Shown: positions 12,572-26,833 of the stretch, in pieces
Numbering within the stretch: the first letter of the stretch is position 1
Layout of the letters: each line of letters begins with the position of its first letter
Assembly (NCBI GenBank): GCA_039096225.1
Contig: JBBPEB010000033.1
Coordinates: 310,001-374,000 of the forward strand
Direction: 5' to 3'
Length of the DNA stretch: 64,000 bases
Origin: Blastocystis sp. Blastoise
Lineage: Eukaryota > Protista > Bigyra: Opalinata
Notes under the pieces: generated by a model
Databases searched by the model: none
What the model saw: the letters and a program-made list of their open reading frames with translations, nothing else
What the model was told of the DNA's origin: nothing
Program-made: the position numbers and the translations under genes

Positions 12572-15500
12572 GTTATATATATAAAAGGTGTTGATTTAAT
12601 AGTTACCGAGGAATATAATAATGTATTAATAATAAATTGTTCTTCAATCAGTGGTATTATCTTTGTTTTCTCTATAGTCACGTCATGAGTCTCTTCAATT
12701 CTATTTGGTTTTGAGGATAAAGGCATTAAATAAGATAATATATTCTTCTGTGGTGACATATAATCATAAATAGACTTATTTGAGTTCTTTCTTGGAGTAT
12801 TATTATTATTATTATTATTAGTTTTAGTATTAAGCTCAGTAGAACGAGATGGAGACAAAATATTATTATTATTATTATTATTATTAGTTTTAGTATTAAG
12901 TTCAATAGAACGAGATGGAGACAAAATATTATTATTATTTATATTATCTTTATTCTTATTATCTATATTAATAACTGGCTGTTTGAATGTATTAAAGGAA
13001 TCAAGAGTTAATTGTTCTGAACAATTATGTGTTCTTGAAGGAAGAATAGGAGTAATAGACAGAGAAACAGGTGGAACTAAGGGTTTAATAGTATTATTTT
13101 CCGTTTTAATAATTTCAATAGAACTTGATGTATCTGTTGACGAGGATAAAGTAATAGTAGAAGATATAGGATTCTTTGAGGAAGATATACTATTATTATT
13201 GCTATTAATTACAGGCTCACTTTGTTTTATAGCAGTGTTAATATCAGCAGTATTCTTTTTAGTTATTTTCTTTTTATTACTAGTTCTTCTAAAGGATTTC
13301 TTTATAGTAGAAGGTTTCTTCTTTTCAGTTTGTTCACTTTGGTTTACTTGAGTAGCAGCAGTAGTAATAACAGAAGGAACAGAAGAAAAAGGAGAAGATG
13401 ATAATGAAATAGTATTAGTATGTAAAGAAGTAATACTAGTAGACACAGTTTGTGTTGTTTGAGATGATACAGGAAGAGAGGTAGAGACATTGTCTGGTTT
13501 AAGAGATATCACAGTATTATTATTATTATTATTCTTATCACCATTATCACTATTATTATTATTCTTATCATTATTATTATCATGATTATTCTTGTCATTA
13601 TACTTATCATTATTATCTTCACATTTATTTATTATTTCTAAAGAAGTACTAATATCAAATGATAATTCATTTTGATTCTTACTTAAAAGTTCGTTTTCGT
13701 TCTTTACTACTATACCATTAGATACATTTTCACTACATTTATTAGATATATCTATATTTATATTGTCCTTTTCTTGTTTAACATTATTTTTTTGTTCTTT
13801 TTTTGCTTTTGTTAAACTGACTCTTCGTTTAGTTTTATTAGTAGGTAAATTATAATTATCATCATTTTCATTATCACTACTAGTATTACTATTGATTTTT
13901 GATTGTCTTCGACTACTTGAACGTCTTGAATATGTATTTGAATGATTCCTATTTATGGATAATCTTTCTGTAAGAACATAATCTTCATCATTATCATCAT
14001 TATCATTCATAGTATCATCATCTATATCATAAAATATATCTTCTACTAAATCTTCATATAATGATACTTTACGTGAATGACGAGTTGACCGGGTTACTAT
14101 AGTATTAGAAGGTTTAGTAGGAAGAGTTATAATAGTAGATGATTTAGTAGGAAGAGTTATAGTTGTAGAAGATTTGGTAGATATAGAAGCAGTATTATTA
14201 GCAGGTGTAGAAGGAGTATTAGAAGGAGAAGAAGCAGTATTAGAAGGATTAGAAGTAGTATTAGAAGGTGTATTAGAAGGTGTAGAAGGAGTATTAGAAG
14301 GATTAGAAGCAGTATTAGAAAGATTAGATGGAGTATTAGAAGGATTAGAAGCAGTATTAGAAGGATTAGATGGAGTATTACAAGGTGTAGAAGGAGTATT
14401 AGAAGGAGAAGAAGCAGTATTAGAAGGATTAGATAGATTATTATAAATATTATTAATAGTATCAGTAGATTTAGGGACTAAAGGAATATTATTAATGGTT
14501 ATATCCTGAGAAAGATCATCCAAAGATGGAATAGGTAGTGAAGAAACAGTATTTATTGGGAATTGATTATGGATATCTCCTTTTGGAGAGAGAGCTAAGG
14601 TATTTGATGATTGAACTGTGGATTGTATTGAACTCACTTTACTAAGAATAGGAGACATTATACTATTACTATTATTATTATTATTATTCTCTATAACATC
14701 TTTAGTATAATTATCTTTACTTTCGGGAATATCAGTATTTTTAATAGGATCATTACTATGTTTATTGTCATAATTATCATCAACATTATTTTTATTTAAT
14801 GAATAAATAGATGATTTTATTTCAGGATGTTCTAAATCACAAAAAGGATCAAGTGCGTCACTGGATGTGTCACTAAGACACGTGAGAAATGAAGCTGCAG
14901 ACGAGCACGATAGTTTTAAAGATACTATTTGATTTGATGGACTTAATTCTATGGATTTTTTATTGATACTATTATTACTCATAGTTTTATTTATATTATT
15001 ATTCATGGTCTTATCTACTTTTTTATCTATATTATTATTAATATTTTTATCTTTATCTACATTTTTATTTGTATCTATATTTGAATTTATATTTCTATGA
15101 ATATCTTTATCTATATTGTTATTTATATCAATATCTATATTTTCATCTATCATGTTATTATTATAAGTATGTTTTATCTTACATTGAGGTATATTATTTA
15201 AATTAGTTGTAGATTCATATGATTTAAAAGATATAGATTTTTTAAATGAATTCGATTGTTTTGGAAATAATAAATCATCAATAGAATCATGTGACGATTC
15301 TTCTAAAAGAATAGGATTCGATGATACTGATTTTGTAGGTAAAGAAATAGATATAGGTTTTGTTTTATCTTTAGCGTTAGAGAGATCTATTATAGAATCA
15401 TCCGAAATACTATCAGATTCATCATCACTTGATGAAATAATTATAATATTTTTTGAATTTAATAAAGAAGATGATGAAGAAGAAGAAGATGAATGTTTAT

Positions 15501-15713
15501 GAGATACAGGTATATTTCTATTTATTGAATTAACTGTATTATTTGTAGTAACATTTAAAGAAGATGATGATGAAGAAATCTTATTAGAAATATTTATACT
15601 ATTATTATGTTTATTATTATTATTATTATTATCTGAGATATTATTATTATCTGAGATATTATTATTATCTGAGATATTATTATGATTATCTGAGATATTA
15701 TTATTATCTGAGA

Positions 15714-15747
<34 letters not shown>

Positions 15748-17185
15748 TTTAATATTATTAATATTAATATTATTCATTTTATAAAATAATTCATTATATT
15801 CATTTGCTCGACTTCTATAAAAACGAAACTTTGAATTTGGCTTTTTATTTTTAGATACAAGAGAATTTTTATTTATAGAAGAAACAGTAGATAGAGTTGA
15901 AGAAGGAAAAACAGAAGATGCTTTTTCTTTATTGTTATTTCGTTTATTATTATTTATATTATTATGAATAACTAGAGTACTTTGATTATTATTATTATTA
16001 TTATTAATATTATTATTAATATTATTATTAATATTACTAAGTGAGTATTGATTGGATAAAGGAGATGAAGAATAAGGAGATAGTATATATTTAGAGGATG
16101 TAAATACTTTCGTTGATAAAGAAGCTGGAGTTGAATCCATTTTAGTCTCATTAGGTTTCTTAATATTTAATACTGACTTAGAACTATATTGATTATTCAT
16201 TGAATTTATAGATTGTGATTTTAGTGCTGACGGCAATATAGTTGATGATTTCTTTTGAGTTCCAGAGAGAGCAGAATGTAAATAAGTTGAATTATCAATA
16301 CCTATATATAAATATATAGTATACAATAGTATCAATTATAGAGTATATATTTGAACTAATATTAGCAATTATTTATCAAAAGGAATATAAAAAAAAGCTA
16401 TATACTATTATTATTTATATACCTTGATTATTATTTATTATATTCTTATTATTTATTGGTTTATTATTATTATATTGTGTATTAGAATTTAATACTATCT
16501 GTTGACTACGAGGAATAGTAGTATTATTCTTAATAGAATATAATTGACTTAATTTATCTGAAACATTCTTATTCTCTTTCTCTTTTAGTGAAGACTTAGT
16601 AGTCATCGACATATTATTTAGTTCTTCAGTAATAGATGCATTCATCTCATTTAGTATATCGAGTTGATCTTCAGAAAAAGTATTTATAGGATCTTTATTA
16701 AATACTAAGCATGCCTTAGTAGGTGAAATATGACTCATGTTCTTGTTAGGCATAGAAGACGACTTTGATACTATTTTATTATATTATTTAAAAAAATTAT
16801 GAAATAATAAAAAATAGTTGAAAAAATAGATATAAATTATGTAAATCTATATATATATACCATGATCATTTTTTGTATTAGTATCGAGTAACATATTTCG
16901 AGAACTTGATGATAACGAATTTGCATAACTGAGTGGTTTTGTTGATAATTGATTTGTGTTATTCTGATAATTCTTATTTAATGTGGATTTCTTTTTATCC
17001 TTTGAATTATGACGAGACATGATATTGATTGAAGAAGGTAAGAGAGTATTTGAGTTCGTTTCTAGTGAATTGATGACAAATTTCTTTTGTTGTTTTCCTT
17101 TATAACATATATTTAATATACATTTATTATTATGATTTTAATATATCATACTTTCAGATTCTTTTGTGTAAAATGAACTTAACAT
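10560..17185 (-). CDS. Very large Asn/Ser/Thr-rich low-complexity protein with an ordered C-terminal region; function unknown
   Basis: Central exon of about 4 kb inside ORF 12142..16335. Flanking exons join in frame by GT-AG introns from ATG 17185 (MLSSFYTKESE) to ...DSLLLSLQEMEDL* (stop 10560-10562). Start is tentative. Confidence 0.7.
14190..14435 (-). repeat. Coding 21-bp tandem repeat encoding about 12 P-S-N-T-[PA]-S-[NST] heptads
   Basis: GTATTAGAAGG-based units on the + strand; translation PSNTASS PSNTPST PCNTPSN PSNTASN... The + strand ORF 14174..14446 is its antisense shadow. Confidence 0.9.
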
Positions 17186-17628
17186 ACGAAATAAGCTTCA
17201 CGTAAAAAGGCTATTTTGGAAGGAATAAGATCTCAGCTATACTTATATATATCTATATTATATAAAAACAAATATAAAGATTAAAATGAAATAAACGAAA
17301 TCAATATCAAGAATTATGTGATAATAAAATATATATTTGAATTAAAAATCCAAGACTTCATATTCAAACAGAATATAAATAATAATTATATATAAAAGAT
17401 ACTACTTACGTATGTTTCAAATAGCCTAAAAACAAAATGAAATCAAAAGAAAAAAGTGGCACTCTTTTTTGGCGGTAAAAAATATATTTTTTTTAACTCT
17501 GAATTCATGTTGACTAAAACTGAAATTCGTTTATAAGGAAAACTTCGTTTGTTCACATGTATACTGGAAATAGTTTATTGAATGATTACTTAAATTAAAA
17601 ACTTTAAAATAACTTTTGAGAATTAGAT

Positions 17629-19233
17629 ATGTCTATTGTAGAGTCAAAAGCAGATCAATCTGGATTGATAGGTGAACAAAATTTGTTTTCTCAAAGTCAG
17701 GATATTCATCTTTTATCTTCAGATGAATTGCTGATAGAAAAGAAAGCTCCAGAATATGATCCAGAACGAGATTTGGTGTTAATTGAGCATTTATCTAAAA
17801 ACTATACATTAGAAGATGGCCGCGTATTAAATATATTAAAGGATATATCGATATCTTACGATTCACCTGTATATCCAATTCAAAAAGGAGAATTTGTGAT
17901 TATTCGAGGGCCAAGTGGAAGTGGGAAAACAACGTATTATTTTTTTGCTTTATTATACGTTTGAATCTATTTAATACATAGAATGCATATTGGAATATCT
18001 TCTATATAGTTTATTGAATATAATTGGTACAATTGATGAACCCACAAGTGGTGATATATACTTATTAGGAGAAAAAATGAATTTTGTGAAGAATGACAAA
18101 CAATTATCTAGAATCAGATTAGAACATGTATATACTATTATTATGTAATATTTTTTTTATATAAAATAAATATTTGTTATATATGTTTATTTATTATGAA
18201 GAAAGAAATATATATTTATTTGTAAGAGAGAAATGTTATTTATTTATGTTTATAAATATATTACTTTTGTGGAAGAGATTCTATTGTATATATTATATAG
18301 TTAGGATTTGTATTTCAAACATTTAATTTAATAAGTACAATGAGTTCTATAGAGAATGTCAAATTACCTATGTCGATGTTACATCATTTATCTTCAAAAG
18401 AAATCGAAGCACGTGCTATAGAACTTCTACAGAAGATGGGTCTTCAAGATCGAATGAATCATCTTCCTTCTGAAATGAGTGGAGGAGAACAAGTATATAT
18501 ATAGAGATATTTATTATATTTTTATATTGTTTATTCTATTTTTATATTGTTTATTTTATATTTATATTGTTTATTCTGTTTGTTATAGAATAGTTCATTT
18601 AATATATATCCAAAAATATAATCTTAATAATATATAATAGAATTCTATATGATGAATATTATATTTATTTACTCTATTTTTTTTCAATTTCATATTTATA
18701 ATTTTTCTTCAGCAACGTGTTACTATTGCAAGAGCTCTTTCGAATTCTCCATCGTTAATTTTATTGGATGAACCAACAGGAGATCTAGATAGTCGTACCA
18801 CAATTGAAGTTATGAATATTCTTTTAGAATTAAATATCGTATATTATTATATATGTATATATTATGTTTTTATGTTATTAATAATTATTGTTATTATTAA
18901 ATATATGATTTAGAATATATATATATATATAGGAAGGGACTACATGTATAATGGTGACCCATAATCCTGATTTAGAATGTTATGCACATCGAATATTATA
19001 TGTCAAAAATGGCCAAATTGAAAAACAAGTATTTATATAAGGATAGACATAATAGATCTTCATATATAACTATTTATGACATTTAAATATATATAATTAA
19101 AATTATATATATATATATATATTAAATTGTATGATGATAAATGTATATATATAAATAGATTATAAATAAATCACAAGTACGTTATGAACCCGATGATTAT
19201 GTGAATATGGTAAACAGTAAAAAGTTACAATGA
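17629..19233 (+). CDS. Stand-alone ABC ATPase of the LolD/MacB/FtsE-like type (6 exons)
   Basis: Walker [20 protein letters not shown], signature [18 protein letters not shown], Walker B/D-loop [13 protein letters not shown]-loop MVTHN. No TM domain; stop TGA 19231-19233. Confidence 0.93.
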
Positions 19234-19487
19234 ATAATTTATATTGTTGTTGTTTTTTATTAAGTCAATTTTATTTATTTATATAAATAGAGTTTAGAAT
19301 GGGATGTGTACTATGTTTTGCTAATTTATTCATAAATACATGAAAAAAATGAGAATTCTGACAAAATTTAAAAAAACGAATCAATAAACAATTTGAATAA
19401 ATGTAGATATTAAACTGAAATGAATGTATATAAATTAGTTTCATTATATCAATTATCATTAATAAATACAAATATATATCATTCAAT

Positions 19488-20830
19488 TTAAAGTGTTTTA
19501 GGTTTTTCTTCTTGAAAAGCATATTCAACAGACCCAGTTTTGAATCCATTCTTACGAATATAGGACGATACACAATATAACCATTTTCTACAAGTATCAT
19601 AAGGAAGACTCATTAAAGTCCATGCAGCAATATATACAGGTGTAAAACAAGTAGTATGAATTCTATTATTTCTTAATCCTCTATATATAATATTAGCACA
19701 AGTAGTAGGTTTAATCATTAAGAAATTTGGAAGAACCATGTCTTTAGCTAATTTGGTAGATACAGGACCTATATATGTATGTTATTATGATTATGATTAT
19801 GATTATTATGATTATGATTATTATGATTATTATTATATATATACCAGGGCAAACTACATTAACTTTGATATTATATGGAGAGAGTTCAGTACGTAATCCT
19901 ATAGATAATATTATTATTAATATTAATATAAATAGAATATATTAGCTTATATTAATAATACTATATAAATGTATATACATACCTTGTCCAATTGCATTGA
20001 CAGCTATTTTTGAAGAGGAATAAGCGGGATATAATGCATTCTGACCTAGACCAGCAATAGAAGATATAATACAAACCTGACCCTGATTACGCTTCTAAGG
20101 AGATTTATTATATATTTATAGGATATTTATAGTATTAGTTATATTTGATTATATTTGATTATATTTATAATATTTGATTATATTTGATTATATTAATTAT
20201 ATTTGATTATATTAATTATATTAATTATATTAATTACATAAATAATATAAAATAATATATACTTTCATATTTTCAATTGCAGGGAATATTGTATTAAAAA
20301 CACCAGAGACATTTATATCAAAGATATTACGATAAGTCTATAATTATAGAAACATATAATAAATATACTAACATATAAAATAAAAAACATAATAAACCTA
20401 TATATACATCTTCTAATAAATGTTGACTATTCTCTACGCCTGCTAATCCTTGAGAGACACCAGCATTAGCAATTACAAGATCAATTTCAGGATATTGATC
20501 GATAATTGTTTTCATTTGGTCTTTTTTAGTAACATCACAAGCATGAATATAAACTTTATAACCCTTTTGTTCTAAGTCTTTTTTTAATTCTTCTAATTTT
20601 GTTTGACTTCTTGATATAAGAATAAGAGTAGCACCCAGAGAACCATATTTGTCAGCTAAAGCATAGCCAATACCAGAAGTAGCTCCTGTAATAAGCACAG
20701 TACTAGGATTCGTCTTCTTCTTAAAACTAAGAAGTTCAACTAATTCGTAGCCAAGCTCGAAAGTAAGGAAGAAAGGTGTCAAAACACAACTTAAAATATA
20801 TTGTACTAATCCAATAAAGAAATCTTGCAT
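19488..20830 (-). CDS. Short-chain dehydrogenase/reductase with N-terminal hydrophobic anchor (5 exons)
   Basis: TGATSGIG, DLVIANAG, ISSIAG, catalytic YSSSK, VCPGPVST. Confidence 0.92.
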
Positions 20831-21402
20831 TTTAATAAATATATCCAAAAGATAAATTAAAATAGTTTTGATTTCAAGTGAAGAACAAAAAAAGAACAAA
20901 GAAGCTGTTTTTTAAATGACTTTTCAGCTGGAATCAGAAAAGAAGAGAATTCTTTTCTTTACCAATTGTCACAACGAATATTAACTAAATACCTTTTTAG
21001 AAGAATGAAACAATGTACTAGAATACTTGTGGAATTAAAGAGAGACTATTTCTCGTATTTGGGGTGTCTTCAAAGTAAATCATAGTTTTTATAAGTAATT
21101 AATTATTTAATAGTTTTTAATAGATAAATATAGTGATAGTCGTAGATATTCGAACTGAAATTATATCATTTCCTATCGAATACTAGTTAATTAGTCACTC
21201 ATTATATTGTTTTTAATGATTAGTATATATATATTTATGAAGATTGTCATATATGTGTAAGTTCTGTATTTAATAAATCCATTAAATATTGCAAATAAAA
21301 GCAAATAAACGAAACAAAATAGGTATTCAATTGATTTCCATTATTCATATGAAATAGTAATTATTATTGTACAAGATAATATAAGTATATATATAAAACT
21401 AT

Positions 21403-22770
21403 TTAATTACAGTTTTCACCATCCCAAACATCTTCAAGAGTAGCTTTTCCTGGTAATAAGAATGTCAGAGTAGCACCTCTTTTTCGTTCATCTAATCCTT
21501 TAATAGTAGCCATTTCTTCTTCGGTTAAAGAGAAATCAAAGATATTCATATTTTCAATTAATCGTTCTTTGTGAATTGTCTTTGGAATGACAATAGTTCC
21601 TCTTTGGACACCCCAACGAAGTAATATTTGAGCAGGAGTTTTCTTATAATGATCAGCTATTTCCTTAATAACAGGATTCTTAAGAGGAGCAACACCTCTT
21701 GGTCTATATATATATAGGTAAACAGGTTGTACAATAAATATTATAATTATATTTTATAGTATAATTTTTTATATTCTTCTATAATTATTATATTATAAAC
21801 TTATTCTGTCCTAATAAATTATATAATAATAATAATAATAAATACATACCCATTTTCAAACCATTGTCCGTTACCAAGAGGGAAGAAAGAAGTTAAAACG
21901 ATATGATTATCATCACAATATTGCTTTAATTCCCATTGTTGTAATTGTATATGTAATTCTACTTGATTATTAACAGGCATAATTTTACAATGAGGTAAGA
22001 ACTCCTTCATCTTCTTTACAGTAAAATTACTAATTCCAAGACTACGAATCTCTCCCTATACAATTATTATATATTATTATAATAAAACGATTAATAATCA
22101 ATATAATATAATCAATATAATATAATAATAATCAATATAATAATAATCAATATAATAATAATAATAATCAATATAATAATAATAATATTATTATTATATC
22201 CCTTTTCAACTAGTTTTTCTAATTCTCTCCATGTATTTGTCATTCTTTCTACATTCCAACTATATATAAATATATTAATAAATAATTTTTAAAAAAAAAT
22301 ATTATAAATATAAATATATATAATTACCCTAATCTATCTTTTTCAGGAACCTCAAAATTATGAGGAAGAGAATAATAATAATTTGGATCACGTTGTGCTT
22401 CGAGTTCAGCAGGTATATTTCTTTCAAAAGGTTGATGAATAAGATATAAATCAATATAATCTAATTGAAGATCTTTTCTACTTTGTTCAAAAGCTCTATG
22501 AAGACGTTCAGGAGCAAAATCTTCACAAAATAATTTTGTTGTGATAAATAATTCCTCTCTTTTTACAAGACCATCAGCAATTGCTTCTTTAATAGCTTGA
22601 CCTACCTCTTTCTCATTACGATAAGCAGAAGCAGTATCAATTAATCGGTATCCAAGTTTTATAGCTTCATAAACGATATCATGAACTTCATTGGGTTTAC
22701 TCATGAAAGTACCTAAACCAAAAGCAGGCATTTCATAACCATTCGATAATTTATAAGTAGGGCAATTCAT
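21403..22770 (-). CDS. Aldo-keto reductase, paralog 2 (4 exons)
   Basis: MPAFGLGT, GYRLIDTASAY, LFITTKL, SLGISNF, NQVELH, PAQILLRW. Highly similar to 8696-10247 and shares intron positions with it. Confidence 0.95.
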
Positions 22771-23676
22771 TGTGTATTGAAATTAATATAATTTAAAGTT
22801 GTTTAATAAATAAATATGCCACTCAAACAATATTTATTTATTTATTTTGATAAAAAACGACTATAGAGCAAGTGTACTGAATTCTTTCTTTCATCCAATA
22901 AGATTTTGAAAAAGTGTATATCTTTATCAAAATTTTATGGTTAACAAAGAATTCATTTTATTAATTTAAAGCAGAATGAGATTATCCAATAAACTGATTC
23001 TAATTTGTTTATCTATAAAAACTATTTGTCAAAAACACATTAATGTAATCCATAGTTTTTATTATTCATTTCTTCTAGAAATATCCATAAATCTATACAG
23101 ATTGAGATTATATCAAATGAGAAAGGTCATAAGATATAAAAAATCAGATGAGTCAGATTCTGATAATTGGCTGTTTATTGCTTTATATATTTAATAATAT
23201 AAGTCTTCAATGGATTGTCTGATTCTATTATGTGAATATGCATGCAAAAAAATGAAATAGTAGCTATTTTATTGAATCAGTTTTTTAAATTATGTGAAAA
23301 AAACTTATGTTTTGGTTCAGAAATCATAGAATTATCAGATCTAGATGGTGATAATGAGTTATTTAGGGTAATAGGGAAATCATCACAGCAAATCTAGATT
23401 TCATATTAAAAGCAAACAATCAATCGTAATTATGAAAACTGTTTTATCTACTCTTTATAATTAATTAGTAATGATTTTCAAGACTTAGCAGAAAGCAGAT
23501 ATGAGGATCCTGTATAATATCTGAGAATATATTCAAAAAAATACATAGTTGAATAAATTTCTCCATGTTAAAACAAAATATGAAATGTAGTTGCAAAACA
23601 ACATAAATGATATATATAAGCCCACATAAACAATGAAAAAAGAGGATTAAAATCAATTAAATGTCTCAAAGATTAT

Positions 23677-25833
23677 TTAAAATAGACGTAGTCTCTTTTT
23701 ATTTACTTTCATAACAGCTGTATTTCCTTTCTTATATACACGTTCAACTTTCATATTATTTTCACTAAGAACTCGAATTCCCGTGAGAATACATCCTGAA
23801 GAATTAAACATATTCATATAAGGATGGGTACGCATCGGAAGAACCTATAGAAAAAGATATATATATTGAAGGAAGATATGTTTAATATATATATATATTG
23901 AAGACTATGTTATAGAAGAGAATAGAGTATATAAATAATAGTACAAGTTAATAAAATAATTGAATACAATATATATAGATTTATAATATAAATAATATAA
24001 AATATATTAAAAATGATATATATTAAAAATTAAAAACAATATATATATATATTTACTTGATATTTTCTCATCCAATTTTGAGTTAATTCTAAATTCACGA
24101 ATTCTCCTGATTTTTTAAGACCAGCATAGAGTTCAGTACCGACTTCAACATAAGGTGTATAGACAGCGATGATTCCCGCGGGGGATAAATAAGGAAGAAG
24201 ACGAGGAACATGAGTTAAAGGATCATTTGATGCTATTATAATCCTATATTATATGAATATAGTTATAAATTTATCATTTCTTTATTAAAAAATAATTCTT
24301 AATACTATAACTATATATATACGTATCAAGTCCTTTACTAATAACATTATTTCGATCCCAAATTTTTTCTCTATAAATATTCTTATATTCTTTTATTTGT
24401 TTCTTTCTGAGAATCACTTGTTTTTCTTTTTCTGTAAAATCCTTTTTAAAGATTAAATTACCTTGTGCATCTACTTCTACGCATTTCTCCTTCTTCTCTT
24501 CATCATCTCTTTTTATTATAAGCATTTTCATATTCTCTTCATTATATAGATCTATCAAAGGCTCGTGATAATCTATATTATATATAGGTATATATATATG
24601 ATTAAATAATTAGTATTATTATATAATAAGTATTATTATATAATTAGTATTATTATATAATAAGTATTATAGTACAATAATAATAATAAATATGAGTATA
24701 ATAAATTAAATAATATCTACTATATACCTTGATTTTCAATAGCTAATAAGTCATTAATATGAATAGGATTAATCCAATATTTTATATTTGGCGGGAAATT
24801 GAATCTATTTACACAATCATCAGCTGGAGCCTGCTCTTCATATATACGATATAAATGACCATATCCTATATATATATATATAATAAATAATAATAAATAA
24901 TAATAATAATAATATAATTCAAATATATATAAATATAAATATATAAAATAATAAATAATAATAATAAATATAAATATATAAAATAATAAATAATAATAAA
25001 TAACAATCATAATAACATAATATAATTCAAATTTATATATATATATATACCTCCCATTCGTTCAGCACATGCACCAACAACGATACCCATACATTCATCA
25101 AAAACACCAATAGACTTTCCCGCCATCACTTGAGCGCGGGAAATTAATGTAGCTAGAGCATCAAATCGCATAAAATTGATTTTTGAAGGATTCTTTAAGA
25201 ATTGTTGTTCAATAATTGTATGAGCATTTGTTTCTACTAATAAGCAACGAACTACATGTCTAAATAAACAAATATATATAGGAATATAAATATTGAGTAT
25301 TTATAACTAACATATAGAAATATTATAAAAATTAAAAAAAAGCTTTCAAAAGAACAAAAGATAATCATATTATATATTAAAATTAATGAATACAAAAACT
25401 CTTTAAATATATACTTTTGAGCCTTCTTACGAAGATATTTCTTTTGGGAAAATTCAGTTTTTGTTTCAAATGTTTTACTTGATTCCGCAATAGCCTTGAC
25501 TAGATCATCACCTGTTAAGCCACTACTCTTTAATTGTTTTATTTGCTCTTGACGTAAAGCTTGAGCATCATTTGTATCAACTAAATCTCTATTATCATGA
25601 GTATCTTCTTCATTATCAATTTCCGTTTCATCAACAACTTCAAGAGGTTCATTTGTAGGAACGAGATGTTTTCCTTGTGCTTCAAAAACAGTACCATATT
25701 CATGACCTATAAGATCTGTAACAGGGAATGACTGACGTCTTATCTTGACATAATCTCCAGGACGAGCGACATCAACACGTCTCATACCATCGTTGGCATA
25801 TAAAATATAGGCCTCTCCTTCTTTAAGAGACAT
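23677..25833 (-). CDS. TRM6: tRNA m1A58 methyltransferase non-catalytic subunit Trm6/Gcd10 (6 exons)
   Basis: LIGHEYGTVFE, DNRDLVD...QAL, FETKTEFSQKKYLRKK, MRFDAL, WMRKYQVLPMRTHP. Confidence 0.93.
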
Positions 25834-25953
25834 TCCTTACGATAAAATAAATAAAAAACCAATTGATTCAATAAAACATGGTTATTTCTAAAAAACAAAA
25901 AATATATATTTGTCCACATTATTATTCATAAATAAAGAGTATTGATATCGAAT
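25834..25953. promoter_or_regulatory. Probable bidirectional promoter between TRM6 and C1D
   Basis: Divergent ATGs only 120 bp apart; contains CCAAT. Confidence 0.55.
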
Positions 25954-26515
25954 ATGGATGGTGTTGATGAGTTCACTGGGATCGTAAAAGCTACTGAAGA
26001 TCTTGATAAGAAATTAGATGAGATTACAACAATGATTACTCCTTTACTTCAAGTAGATTTCAAAAAAGACTTTTCAAAATTGTCTCCTGCTGAAATAGCT
26101 GATTATCACACTACTATTGCTAAGACAATCACAGTTTGTTTTGAAGTTTATTTACGTTGTCAAGGAGCATTTAAAGAGGATCATCCACTTGTAAAGGAAA
26201 TTAAACGAATTCAAGACTATTTAATCAAGACAGATGAGGCTTTGAATGGAAAAGGTATTCATTATGATTTTATATTGTTAACTGAAATATACGATATTAT
26301 TTCTTATAAATCAATTCTGTTTATCTTATATGTGTTTTTATTTCTATATATATGATTATATTTCTATATATATGATTATATTTCTATATATATATGATTA
26401 TATTATATATGATTATATTTCTATATATATGATTTCTATAGCAAAACCAACGATGAGAATAGATACAGAAGCAACAAAGAGAATTATTAAGCATGCATTA
26501 GCTGGAAATGAATAA
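25954..26515 (+). CDS. C1D: Sas10/Utp3/C1D family protein (C1D/Rrp47 exosome cofactor), 2 exons
   Basis: YLRCQG...HPLVKEIKRIQDY and C-terminal RIDTEATKRIIKHAL are typical C1D motifs. Confidence 0.85.
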
Positions 26516-26833
26516 AAGAATAATAATAATGGACTATAAAGAAATTAATATTTTCTTTTCATTGTAGATATCTCTATACTAACAGTGATTCGTCTATTCA
26601 TTGTTTTTCTTTGTTTATATATATTATTTTATTACTATAGAATAGTGCTTTTCTATTTTTCGATACAATTATTATATGTTTTTCTTTAAAAGTTTTTATT
26701 AATGCGTTGTTTTTATATATGTTAATGTTTCGCACTTCGTTTCGTTATTTTAATACAGTTGTATACTATAAGATTTCTTATAAATAAAACAATTTATGAT
26801 ACTTATTATAATAAAAATACAAATATATATAAT

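Noticed and set aside
22771-23676. Possible ncRNA or small gene in the long intergenic gap (ORFs 22976..23194, 23465..23656)
   Set aside because: No tRNA, snRNA or snoRNA hallmarks or protein motifs recognised; a covariance-model search would be needed.
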